A DNA stretch of 56,642 nucleotides, the filler included, from Stramenopiles sp. TOSAG23-3 (Eukaryota), in the NCBI GenBank assembly GCA_900128585.1. It is 6 parts of 6 records of this genome, joined end to end, with 100 filler letters (N's around TTAATTAATTAA, not from the genome) between each part and the next. Parts side by side here need not be neighbours in the genome. Positions count along the whole stretch, not along the records: positions 16,972 to 33,821 come from LT642474.1; positions 33,922 to 50,755 come from LT642475.1; 4 more parts are not named here. One strand, 5' to 3'. How positions within the stretch are numbered: position 1 is the first letter of the stretch; each line of letters opens with the position of its first letter. A model generated the notes under the pieces. That model searched no databases, had not been told where the DNA came from, and saw only the letters and a program-made list of their open reading frames with translations. Position numbers and translations under genes: made by a program. This document shows positions 32,108 to 42,555 of the stretch, piece by piece.

Positions 32108-33730
32108 ATGAGTGGCTCATCGTCCAGTTCCTCTATGTATGGATCATCATCTACCAACGCACACGACGAAGAAAAAATGTCGGATGTACCACATGAATTC
32201 CTATGCCCTATTACTAAAGAAATTTTCGTTGACCCTGTGGTAGCATCTGATAATTTTACCTACGAAAGGAAAGAAATACTTGAATGGTTTAAAAGCAATT
32301 TGGATCCAACCGACCGAAGTATAATGCCTTTAAGTCCCATGACAGGCGCGACTATGACATCAAGAAGATTGCGAGCTAATCAAGTTTTGAAAAACATGGT
32401 TGCTCAATGGAAGAAAAAAAATTCAACTACTGTTCGTCAAAAAAAAACTCTTGATAATTTAACTAAATCTTGTATGATGGCAGAGACGATTGAAGAAGTA
32501 CAAAGTAGTTTGGGGAACATAAAAAATATGACTGATTCTATCATAAAGAAAGAATGCGCTTACGAGAATGAGAACGGCTCTATCCAAATGTTGGTTATCA
32601 TTTATGGTCAAGTAGAAAAACTGAAAAAAAGACTTTCACGTTTTCCTGAGTTTTTAAATGATGATATTAAAAAAATGTTTCAACAAATATTAAATTCTTG
32701 CTCCAGTGCTGCTTTAAGTGTGAAAGAAAAAATTAATAAAAATAACGAAGAAATATCAACTATGAAGAGAGAAAAAGCCAAATTGGATGCTGAGGAATTA
32801 AGGGTGCAACAAGAGATCGATGAAATGGAATTCGAAGTGAACAACAATCTCATACGTTTTTTGTTGACAAAGCAGTACCTTTTGAAATTGAAAGGAAGAC
32901 AAGCAAAAGAGTTAAAAAATGCAGGATTGTTAATAAGAAAGAACAAAGAGTTGGCATCATTGTTGCCAAAATCGTCCAATTCATTTACTCCAAGTACGGA
33001 TGGACCTGCCAGCAACGAGAAAAAACGGAAACGTAATAATGAGAAGGATCATGATAACAAGAATGAAGATCTTAATGTTAAAGAAATCATGATGGAGAGC
33101 AGTTTTGATGTTGAGTCAAATTACAATTTCGATTATTTCTTGAATGAAGAGTATGCTGACGTGGACGTGGGGTGGGGGTGGTCACAACCAAGATTTCATG
33201 ATAGTGATCAGTTACGTGCAATATTTCTGGACGATCATGAAAATGGAAGAACAACATGGGAAGCGCTTGAAAGCTTTGTAGCTAGAGCTAGTCATGAAGA
33301 GTACACACCCACACCTGGCTGTCAAGGCCATCACGATAACAGTCATGATGCAATTTTGCTACCACTAGCAAGAGAAACATTTCGTTATATATTAATAGAA
33401 CAAAAGCCTCTGCCTGTTTCTATCTTAAAACTGTTGGCAGAAGACTATCGAAACCTGTTAAATATACAAGGTTACAGAATCTCTCATGATTTAAATTGTG
33501 ACAAAACATCTTTCATGTGGAATCGCATTTCAGCTGATTCAATGTTTCACGATGATATGGAAGCTTGTGCATATGTTGGTTTTGCATATTTTAATGGTAA
33601 GAAGGGTGTCAAACGTTCATCGCGTAATGCATGGCCTTATTTGATCAAAGCAGCAAAGTTAGGACATTTCCCGTCAAGAAATGTTTGCTTTTCAAAGGGG
33701 AAAGCATTTAACTTGCACCACGACGTATGA
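32108..33730 (+). CDS. U-box E3 ligase-like protein with a coiled coil and a C-terminal Sel1-like repeat
   Basis: The U-box reads VPHEFLCPITKEIFVDPVVASDNFTYERKEILEWF…SPMT…NQVLK. The Sel1 repeat reads ACAYVGFAYFNGKKGVKRS…AWPYLIKAAKLGH. Confidence 0.85.
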   Translation: MSGSSSSSSMYGSSSTNAHDEEKMSDVPHEFLCPITKEIFVDPVVASDNFTYERKEILEWFKSNLDPTDRSIMPLSPMTGATMTSRRLRANQVLKNMVAQWKKKNSTTVRQKKTLDNLTKSCMMAETIEEVQSSLGNIKNMTDSIIKKECAYENENGSIQMLVIIYGQVEKLKKRLSRFPEFLNDDIKKMFQQILNSCSSAALSVKEKINKNNEEISTMKREKAKLDAEELRVQQEIDEMEFEVNNNLIRFLLTKQYLLKLKGRQAKELKNAGLLIRKNKELASLLPKSSNSFTPSTDGPASNEKKRKRNNEKDHDNKNEDLNVKEIMMESSFDVESNYNFDYFLNEEYADVDVGWGWSQPRFHDSDQLRAIFLDDHENGRTTWEALESFVARASHEEYTPTPGCQGHHDNSHDAILLPLARETFRYILIEQKPLPVSILKLLAEDYRNLLNIQGYRISHDLNCDKTSFMWNRISADSMFHDDMEACAYVGFAYFNGKKGVKRSSRNAWPYLIKAAKLGHFPSRNVCFSKGKAFNLHHDV

Positions 33731-33735
33731 TTAAT

Positions 33736-33821
33736 TGACAATCATCAATGAGACGAAATTACAGAATCAAGTTAGGATTAGGGTACGACGAAGCTAAATT
33801 TAATTACTTATAAATAACAGC
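33736..33821 (+). repeat. Dispersed repeat (TTAGGATTAGGG module running into the AAATAACAGC module), truncated at the contig end
   Basis: Eight substitutions relative to the 7908-7978 copy. It begins 6 nt after the U-box stop. Confidence 0.85.
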
Positions 33822-33921
33822 NNNNNNNNNNNNNNNNNNNNNNNNNNNNNNNNNNNNNNNNNNNNTTAATTAATTAANNNNNNNNNNNNNNNNNNNNNNN
33901 NNNNNNNNNNNNNNNNNNNNN
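33822..33921. other. Artificial contig linker
   Basis: 44N-TTAATTAATTAA-44N. Confidence 0.95.
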
Positions 33922-34033
33922 AGAGAAAGTGAAAAAGAAAACATCTTCTGATACCCTCAAGAAAAGGTTGGCGTCCTATGAGCGCGACCAGACTCGGTTC
34001 TTGAAAGATGACGTTACGGAGAGAGAACTGAGG

Positions 34034-34454
34034 GACTCTCATTTTAAATCAAATACTACTTCAAATCCAACCCTAATCCTATCTCGATTTTTTAATTTTT
34101 TGATTTTTAGTTTCGTTTCGTCGTGGTGGATGATTATTAGTCATCACAGAGAAATTATTTTTATTCCTATTCCAATGAGAAGAATTATTATCTTACCTAC
34201 TACAAAGTAAAAAAACAAATTTCATTAGTATCATATTGCTTTATGACTCTCATTACTACAAATAAAAAAAATCAAATTATAAATAACAGCCAGTTCTTTA
34301 AATAACAGCCAATTTTTCTTGTTTTTAAATAAACACTGAATAAAATTCTCTCATGCATTAATAAAAAAACAAGAAAATTGGCTGTTTTATTTGCATTAAT
34401 AATCTTAGATTAGGGTTGGAACTGAAATAGTAAAATTGATTTAAAATGAGAGTC
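34034..34454. mobile_element. Putative MITE-like element with ~45-bp imperfect terminal inverted repeats
   Basis: The left arm GACTCTCATTTTAAATCAA…TCCAACCCTAATC (34034-34078) is the reverse complement of 34408-34454. An internal inverted pair of the 27-nt module is present. No TSD seen. Confidence 0.5.
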
Positions 34455-34675
34455 TTAAAACATATACTATAAATAATTTGTTTTTTTAATAATCTTACCA
34501 ACACTTTGAGTCCTCCACCAAAACAGACACGAGCCCCAATCCAAAACCACAGATAACAGATTATCAATTATGATAAACTTACTTCACCCCAGGTCAAAGT
34601 TACCACATATTTGTCGTTCACACTTTTAACTTTCGCGAGCGAAAGTGTTCAAAAATATCATTGCTCCCAGATAGA

Positions 34676-35953
34676 CTAACGTTGTTGGGACACATTGAAC
34701 CCAAAAGTAGTACTAAATATATTCCCTCTAGGGCTATGGCTGTGAGGAAAATGGTGGTGTCTATTATATTGGGCGTTTGGGTTTCCCTGCACAAAGTGTC
34801 CACCGGAGTGAGTTCGAAGCGGGGCGAGACGATCGGAACTCCGACTGATCCACTCGTCCCAAATATTCGACCAGTTCTCATAATGAACAAGAACCTGATC
34901 TTCATTGGCCTCAACGATTGTGCTTTCATACCAATCGCCCATAGTGCTAATTTAATACATCCCCGGAAAAGAAAGGCGTTAGTAAAAGACAAATATAACG
35001 TTTTGAAGAGAAGTGTGGAGAGAAGAAGAGACAGGGATTACTTACTCTTTACAATCGATCACATCGCCTTCTTCAAAGTCACGGAATCTGCGAGAAGCCC
35101 TCTTTCGCTTTCGTCGTTTTAGAGTGTGCAAATGTAGAGGGGCTATTCTAGTGTACGAACGAGGCAAGCGTTCGTCATAATCTCTTTTCCATCCGTCATA
35201 GTGGACAGTGACTACGGAAGGCGCCAATGCAATCACAGTTGCTTCGTACCATTTCCCAAATTTATCCAGCGCATCAATTTTCTCACCAACCTGAAGGACC
35301 TTCAGCCACTCGTCGGTTTTACTCCGCAGGACGGTCTCCAAGTGGACAGTTTTATTTTCCATTTCCTCCACTTTTTTATTTGCCTGGACAACCTTTTCTT
35401 TTTGTTTGTACAAGAAATCTCTCACTCGCTCGTAAGGACACTGTCCTAGATGTTCCACCAGCCCGCTTCGAAGGCCTTTCCAAGGGCATGTGAATTGAAA
35501 ATGATCGCAGCGGACTTTCTCGAAAGGGCAAACCTGCACGTGCGCCTCCAGGTCTGCGTACCTGCCCTTCCACGAACAACACATTTCCTCTGCACTATGG
35601 TGAGCTTTGTCAATATCCGCGCTGCAACCAGCCTCCCCCTCTCCTTCCTTCTTACCACCGAGATTTTCTGTAGAACCGTTGGCTTGTTGCATGGCTTTCG
35701 AATTGGGGCACAGCACCTCCAAGTTTCCAATGACCCCGTTGACAAGGCAGTCGCTTTGAAGACTAGAGTGATGCAGCGGCTTCCTGCAGTCTGGGCAGTT
35801 CGAATTTCCAAAATCCAACCATTCACCAACACAGTCCATACAAAACACATGACCACAGGGGGTCCTAACTGCATTTTCGAACACCTCGCGACACACAGAG
35901 CATATAAAATTCTTGTCTATGCGCCCTTTAAACTGAAGCTCACATATACCCAT
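34676..35953 (-). CDS. RING + TRAF-type zinc finger protein with two Tudor/MBT-like (chromo-barrel) domains; intron 34947-35045
   Basis: C3HC4 RING (CSVC…CGHVFC..C…CPDC), TRAF-like H..C zinc fingers, and two repeats ID(A/C).D..G.WYE.T….V.VHY..W…DE. The 99-nt GTAAG…TACTAAC…TAG intron restores the frame (CKD|TMGDWYE). Confidence 0.85.
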
Positions 35954-37020
35954 TTTACACTTGAACTAAAACTAAAACACGCACGCCCCCTTTACCCTTT
36001 CACAAAGTTAATCTTTCTTAAACAGTTCGTTCGTACGCACGGCGTGGAAATATAAAAGCTTTTTCTCTGCTTTTCGACAGAAGCATCGTTTCGTTTGTTC
36101 CATTATTTGAAAATAAATCAATGTTTCATTCAAATAAACGTATAGTAGGTAGTGTTTACTCAATACTAGTTTTGTTTTGTCAATAATCTATAATAATAGA
36201 CGACAACTAAAAAAATAAACAATAATATAAATAAATCTAGTCGTTCTATAGCCTAATAATTTAATATTAGTAAAAAATAAATAAATAAATAAAAAATTAT
36301 AAATAATAATATAAAATATTCTACCATAGTCCACATAGTCCTGTTCGGTTCTCTCAACGATCGATCGGTTGTCCTCGTATAATATTATTGCTAGCTGTGA
36401 TGTTCGAAGTCTATGATGTGATGATTGAAATTGTTTTTGAAGCGATATAATAGAGAAGAAGAAGAAGGGTGGTGTGTTATCGAATAATAAATAGTTATGT
36501 AGTTATTAGTTATTTAGTCGTTCTATTTAATAGTTAATTGGATTAATCGGTCTGTCTCTCAAAAAAAGAGACGAAGAAATGAGAGAAGTAAAAATAGAAT
36601 AGAATAGAATACATTCGTACATAAAAGACAAAAGAACAGTCCGCAAAAAGGTCCTTTATTATTCCCATGTTAAATACCATAAATAATGATGTGGTGCTGA
36701 TAATATCACAAGTAAATAATTGTAGTGTTATGTATAGAAATAATTGTACTGAAATAAGTGTACTTTTATGCAAACATTACTATACTCACATAAACTATCA
36801 ATTATCTTGTCGTCGTTAAAATTTGAACAATTTGGTGCTGCTCGCTGTGTCGTTTAATTTCAAAAAAAAACAGAAACGTTGGTGGTGCTTCTGAAGGAAA
36901 GGAAGGAAATAATGTTGTTGGTAGATGATTACCATTTAACTATTATTTATACTTTATATAGATTGTTGTAGTGAGTTATTACTAAATGAAATAAAATTCT
37001 TTGATGAGGGAAACTACTTT

Positions 37021-37022
37021 TT

Positions 37023-37094
<72 letters not shown>

Positions 37095-37115
37095 TTTCTT
37101 TCTTTCTTTCTTTCT
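37021..37115. repeat. (TTTC)n microsatellite
   Basis: Long, near-perfect array. Confidence 0.95.
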
Positions 37116-37310
37116 TTTGTCATTACGATTATTTACCTAAACGTTTTTCGAGAATAAAAAATTCGTTAGCTTCTTTTGATTGAATATTTTTTCATGTTGA
37201 CATAGTGCATTGAACGAAACAGAAACACCGCCTTGTTGCTCATTGATTTTATTAACTCATTCGACGTACTTCGTGTAAATATATTTGACTGAAAGAAAAC
37301 CTTGCACAAC

Positions 37311-38061
37311 ATGGCCTCCCTTGCCGAATCAGAAAACCGCGGCCCCAGCACGAAAGGCGAAGACTCTTTGTCAACGCTGGTGGATATTATGAAAGATTTG
37401 GACGCGCACTACAGCGCGGATGACGATATGGTGGTTGTACAAAAAATTCGTGAAACAAATTCGGATATCAAGAAAATAATTAAAGAGAAGGAAGTGGAAC
37501 CACGTAAGCTGATCAGAGGTAAGTTTTCCCATGCCCTAACGTCCCCTCTCGGTCTTCCCCTAGCACTGCGTGCAGCCTTTGCCATCGAATACACACCGCT
37601 AACCCAACACACTCCACTCTAAACCTTAAGACTTGGCGAATCACCTCGAAAAAATGAAAGAGGAAGCGCAGAATATCGAAAAGGCATCCAAGCGTAGCGA
37701 GCGAACGGATACCCTGGAACAGGATATTGAAGAGACTACACAAAGCATTCAGAGACTAGCCAAGGAAGAACGGCATACTTTAAGTTCGATAGAAAACCTT
37801 GAAAGCCAAATAGCGGATGCACACAAAAAAGGTGCGAAACTGGACCACCAAGGGGCCGTAGATGCACCCAGGGTCAAGTATGCACTGAGCCTGTATGGAA
37901 ATATTTCCAACATCGTATGGGATTATACTTCAGACAATGTCAAAGGCGTTATTACCTCTCCATACGGCGGCCCAGTGACTAGTTTCAACATTGATCCAAG
38001 TTCTTGTAGTTCCTATGAAATTACGAATCGCTTGTGGGGAATGATGGAAAGTAGCCCGTAA
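37311..38061 (+). CDS. SPC24: Kinetochore Ndc80-complex subunit Spc24-like; intron 37519-37630
   Basis: A coiled coil is followed by the RWD-like LSLYGNISNIVWDY…VKGVI…FNID…YEITNRLWGMM. The 112-nt GTAAG…GCTAAC…AAG intron joins the two ORFs in frame. Confidence 0.75.
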
Positions 38062-38407
38062 ATCTTAAAAGTGAGCAAAGTTCATTATACGTAAGAGTAC
38101 ACAGTAGAAATGAAAAACGATACTGTTGCAGTTTTTATTGTTTTGTCGTCATTTAAGGTTATTGTACTTCGTAAATTCTTTACTTTTCGCATTTTTCTTC
38201 TTCTCGCCGAGCGCCCAAGTTGTCTTGTGGCACGTATACCAAGTTGTGTCGTCGTGATACGTGAGAGTACGTTTGTACCATTTACCAAGCGGGCGCTTTC
38301 TCCCTCGTTCCCGCTGGCAATTGAATCTCTCTGGCTTTGCAAAAAATAACTACGTCACTTTTGTCAAATCAAAATGCGGGACATTCCCTGGTTTCAACCA
38401 AGACCCT

Positions 38408-40489
38408 TCACGAGGATGGTCGAGATACGGCGCTGGAACATTTTCGGGTGCTACAGAGAGGTGACCGTACAACGTTGCCTTCGGAAGACTCTTGCCGGCG
38501 TTTGAACCTGTCCCCGAAGCGATAGAGGGGTTTTATTTGCCCTGGCGGAATAATGTGTAATTCGTTTGGCAGACAATTTTCGCGCCCCACGCTTTGTGCT
38601 GGTCTTCGAAAATTTAACAGGCTCCCAATGCTGTCTAGATCAGTTCCTTTCCCAAGATTATCGGTACCACTACCATCGATTTCATTAAGTCCAGCAACAT
38701 CTTCTTCGTTAGTATCGGAAATGCAGAACTCGTCTGCAAAACTGATTTGCGTACTTCGAACTGAATCCGCTTTTTCAGGGTCGGTTAGATCGTTTGTATC
38801 GTTCGTTGGGGTAGGTGACCAGTACTCTGTCAACACAGCGCTTCGCCCCCTCCCGGTAAAGTCTGCGCCCAGCTCGTTCGAAAATTGCCGTTGCATACTT
38901 CTGCTGGGCTCGACGGATTGCGCCGCCGTGTCATTTTCCCCTGTTGCAGCGCTGTTAGAATCTTCCTCCTTTGACCCTGGATTCAAAGTACTCGTTTGCA
39001 TGATTCGTGTTGAATCTAAATTTTCGTTGACGGTGGGAACAGATGCACCGGCCATTGAGTTGTTTCTTCCGGTTACAGCGTCGGCAGACCCTTCGCTGTT
39101 CGACTGTCGACTGAAACTGCCAGACTGCGTATTTCGTGCAGAGTTTGCGTTTTCATTGGCGTTCAGATCGGGAGTGTCTTTCGTTGGGACGGGTGTCAAG
39201 TACTCCGTTAGCACCTTGCCCCGCCCCCCGCCACTGAATTCTGCCCCCAAATATTTGGAGGATTGTCTCCCGATGTCGTTTCGTTTGGTTACAACATCGA
39301 CAGAACCTTCGTCGTTTGACTGGCGACTGAACTCTGTTCCCAAATCATTGGACGATTGTCGTTGCAAACCGGAAGGGTTTGATTGTCTCCGGAAACCAAT
39401 TGACTCAACCGCTTGCCTCGCCACGTCATTTATTCCTGATACAGCTTCAATAGAATATTCATTGCATAAATTTCGGCTCAAAACACTTGATTGCGTGTTT
39501 CGTGTGGAATCTGTAGGCCCGTCGAGGTCGGCACTCAAATGGTCCGATTTCCTTGCCTCATCATAGCTTTCACTTTTTTCCTCGGTCGCCTCTTCCCTCT
39601 TCTCTTCAATATCAACGGCCGTGTGTGGGGTACTAGGTTTATTGTCGTCCTGAGGTATTCCATCCTGGGCACTGTTATCTCCTGTTGTTTCAGGAGCACG
39701 GAATTTAGTAGCTGGCAAAACTTTGAAAAAATCTAATTTCAACCTGTACGCACGAATAAGTTGAAAACCGAATATGCAAAGGTTTACGAATATCAGAATG
39801 AGACATACCCACATCCACATGGAGCAGTCATTGGTGCAGCTTTTAATTACTTCAGTGGACTCTTTGCGCACACCCTCAACAGTATTTGTTGGAAGAAAGG
39901 CGCCGCTTGTCGTAGTTTCCATACTTGATGTACTTCTTTGCAAGGCAGTCGTAGTTTGCAGATCTCTCGTCGTTGTTGCATGAAAGGAAATCGCAGTTGC
40001 CGTTGAAGTCGTCGTACGGGGCGGTGTCGTGGTGGTGGTAGTGGTGGATGCAGAAGAACGGTGACCTCCAGAGTTAGGAAGAGAAGCTGACTCGCATAGG
40101 TGTGTGATGAAGTTTTCGACTTCTCCTGGCCAGCAGGCTCCATTACTCGTTCTCCCTGTCACTTCGTTGCTGCGATATTCGCAGGTAATTCGGTTTGGGC
40201 ATTGCGTGCTAATGTTTTTTTGCATCCGATACCCGGCGTAAACATTGTTTAGCTCGCGCCCCGTAGGATAGCATTCATTAGAATACAATGAAAGGGGACA
40301 TTGCACAGTGGAAGGGCAGTTAGCATGACAAGCGCCGCAATCCCGATAGAGGTACCCACTGCAAATAGTCGGAATAGTCGAAGAGGAGTCTAGGCCATTC
40401 CACTCGAGTTGACAGGCTGGATTTTTCGTCTTTTGTGCGACGGAACGTGAAAGTGCAAGAATGAGGAGCGTGGATCCTAGTCGAATCAT
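38408..40489 (-). CDS. Type I membrane protein: Cys-rich ectodomain, Thr-rich stalk, TM helix and repetitive cytoplasmic tail
   Basis: Signal peptide, about 12 Cys, a TTTTTT stalk, the TM segment MWMWVCLILIFVNLCIFGFQLI, and a tail with repeated RQS motifs. Confidence 0.75.
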   Translation of the reverse strand: MIRLGSTLLILALSRSVAQKTKNPACQLEWNGLDSSSTIPTICSGYLYRDCGACHANCPSTVQCPLSLYSNECYPTGRELNNVYAGYRMQKNISTQCPNRITCEYRSNEVTGRTSNGACWPGEVENFITHLCESASLPNSGGHRSSASTTTTTTTPPRTTTSTATAISFHATTTRDLQTTTALQRSTSSMETTTSGAFLPTNTVEGVRKESTEVIKSCTNDCSMWMWVCLILIFVNLCIFGFQLIRAYRLKLDFFKVLPATKFRAPETTGDNSAQDGIPQDDNKPSTPHTAVDIEEKREEATEEKSESYDEARKSDHLSADLDGPTDSTRNTQSSVLSRNLCNEYSIEAVSGINDVARQAVESIGFRRQSNPSGLQRQSSNDLGTEFSRQSNDEGSVDVVTKRNDIGRQSSKYLGAEFSGGGRGKVLTEYLTPVPTKDTPDLNANENANSARNTQSGSFSRQSNSEGSADAVTGRNNSMAGASVPTVNENLDSTRIMQTSTLNPGSKEEDSNSAATGENDTAAQSVEPSRSMQRQFSNELGADFTGRGRSAVLTEYWSPTPTNDTNDLTDPEKADSVRSTQISFADEFCISDTNEEDVAGLNEIDGSGTDNLGKGTDLDSIGSLLNFRRPAQSVGRENCLPNELHIIPPGQIKPLYRFGDRFKRRQESSEGNVVRSPLCSTRKCSSAVSRPSS

Positions 40490-41469
40490 GGTTTGTGTCT
40501 TGATGATGTGTTAGTTTTTGAAAACGATGCAAAGTATTTAAGTGTGTATTTGCGTCATGATAATGGTTAATAACTGTGTTTTTCAATATTCTTTTCTGGT
40601 TTAATATACTTTTTCCCGTTTGAGTTGCCCTTAGCGGGAATGTACGAGACGAACAAGAAGACACTCTTTTTTATTATTATTATATTAAAAATAAAAAAAA
40701 TACGGAAGATCTAATAAGAACACAGCATATCTAATAAAAGAAAAGAAACAACAAAGTTCTTCTTCTTCCCCAAAACAAGAAGAAGATAGCTAGATAAAGG
40801 CCGCCTGTGGGTAAAAAAAAAATAAGAAGAAGCCATCATTTAAATAATGCAAGGTGGATGCTATCCACCTCTTATTAAATAATGACGACTACCTCAACAA
40901 AAGAACACTTCTGAAAGAATTTGATCTCTTCTCTCTTCTTCTTCTTCTTCCTCTTCTTCTTCTTCCTGTGTTCCTGTGCCTTATTTTTTTCTAGTATGAG
41001 GTAAAGAAGGCGCGGCGCGTATTTATTTAGTTGGTACCGGTAGTAGGACTATTATAGGAAATGGAATCTCGAAATCCTTCTGTTTGTTTATTATTAGCTG
41101 TGAGCTGTGAGGTGTGAAGCATTCCAATTATTTATTAGAATAGATATAATATAACGTTACATACGAGGACTAGTCATCATTATTATTATTATTACCAAGT
41201 TCATACCATATGGCCAATGTTTGTTTTTTTTACAGACATACGTAGAACAGCGAGTCGTCAAAATGTACAATACAATGAGGAGTATTAACTAGTCTATAAA
41301 TATTTTTTAAATTAATACACTATAATATACAATAGTATTACTGTATTATTTGAACGAAAAATAGGATTAAAATGATTTAATAGCTGTATTTATTATTACA
41401 ATAATACAGTCATACCTGATTCCAGGGACGAACCTGTACCGGTAGAACGAACACTTTTTTTTTGGTGTG

Positions 41470-42555
41470 TTATTTAATTATTTTTTGCGAAGAAGAAGTT
41501 ACTTTTCGTTTTGTACTAGCCCTAGCAATTATGGATCCGAAAATCATAATACTCGACACTACATACCAGTTTGAAAAAGGTTTTGGGAAAAAAACGAAGG
41601 ACATTGAAATGGTCATGATTTTCCGAAAGGTCGAAACCAAAACAGCCCCAACGGCACCACTATGTTTCACCAGTCTCATGTAAAAGCAGACCCCGCAGAA
41701 CGTTGACGCACCATACATTAGAGTCGCGATTAAATTTGACGTGCTGGAGTATAAAAATGTCGCTATGGTGGTCCCCGGACTCTCGGAGAGGGCAAACACA
41801 ACCACTGAGATAACGGTGCAATAAAAATTCGTATTTCCCATGACCTCCATGACCGTGAACCCTTCATTGTTCATAAGCTTGTCTTGCAGGTTGGGAGCAA
41901 TCGAATCAAGCGTAATAGACAAAAGACAAAGAAAAATGCCAGCGGTCGAGGACGACTTTTCGTTTAAGTGGTAGTCCGCAAGTGTGAAACCTGCCAAGCC
42001 GCCGCATACCATAATGGCAAAAAAATAATCCCGTAAATCGTACTTCTTTCCTTGCAAAAAAAACGACGCGACCAGCATGGTCGGGATTAATTTGCACGAC
42101 TTGACGACGACTTTTACCGGGAAAGAGACCGTGCGCAAAGCTATGGTTGATGCCAAAATTGAGGCATACACCAGTGCAGTCAATAGGAGGAACTGCTTTT
42201 TACTTTCAATACTGGATCTAAGCATTTTTGAGAAAAAGGAACTTTCGACAAGCAAAGGACCGACGAAGCACCCCAGGCAGTCCAGCATAGGAAGAAACGG
42301 ACCTGCCTCCCGCCTTCCATAAGTCTGTAGGAGCGACTCCTGCAAATAGTCGTGCAAAAACATAAAAACAAAAAAAAAAGACCCGTACAGAAAAAAAGAG
42401 AACCGGGAAGACAGTCTTGCTCCGTTAAAGGTAGGGCTTGCCCCTGAAAAGTTCGTTTGAGATAGCACTTCATTTTCTACCTCTTTGTCCTCGCCGCCAC
42501 TGTCAATTGAAAGCGCGACGACCGCCCTGGTTCCGCGAGGAGAATTGGGCTCCAT
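41470..42555 (-). CDS. SLC35B/UAA-family nucleotide-sugar or PAPS transporter
   Basis: ALRTVSFPVKVVVKSCKLIPTML, LDSIAPNLQDKL and STFRKIMTISMSFVFFPKPF, with many TM helices. Confidence 0.9.
   Translation of the reverse strand: MEPNSPRGTRAVVALSIDSGGEDKEVENEVLSQTNFSGASPTFNGARLSSRFSFFLYGSFFFVFMFLHDYLQESLLQTYGRREAGPFLPMLDCLGCFVGPLLVESSFFSKMLRSSIESKKQFLLLTALVYASILASTIALRTVSFPVKVVVKSCKLIPTMLVASFFLQGKKYDLRDYFFAIMVCGGLAGFTLADYHLNEKSSSTAGIFLCLLSITLDSIAPNLQDKLMNNEGFTVMEVMGNTNFYCTVISVVVFALSESPGTTIATFLYSSTSNLIATLMYGASTFCGVCFYMRLVKHSGAVGAVLVSTFRKIMTISMSFVFFPKPFSNWYVVSSIMIFGSIIARASTKRKVTSSSQKIIK

Noticed and set aside
38553-39566. Long antisense ORFs (also 17290-18150, 25187-25939, 35450-36055)
   Set aside because: They are shadows of real genes on the opposite strand and show no recognisable motifs.
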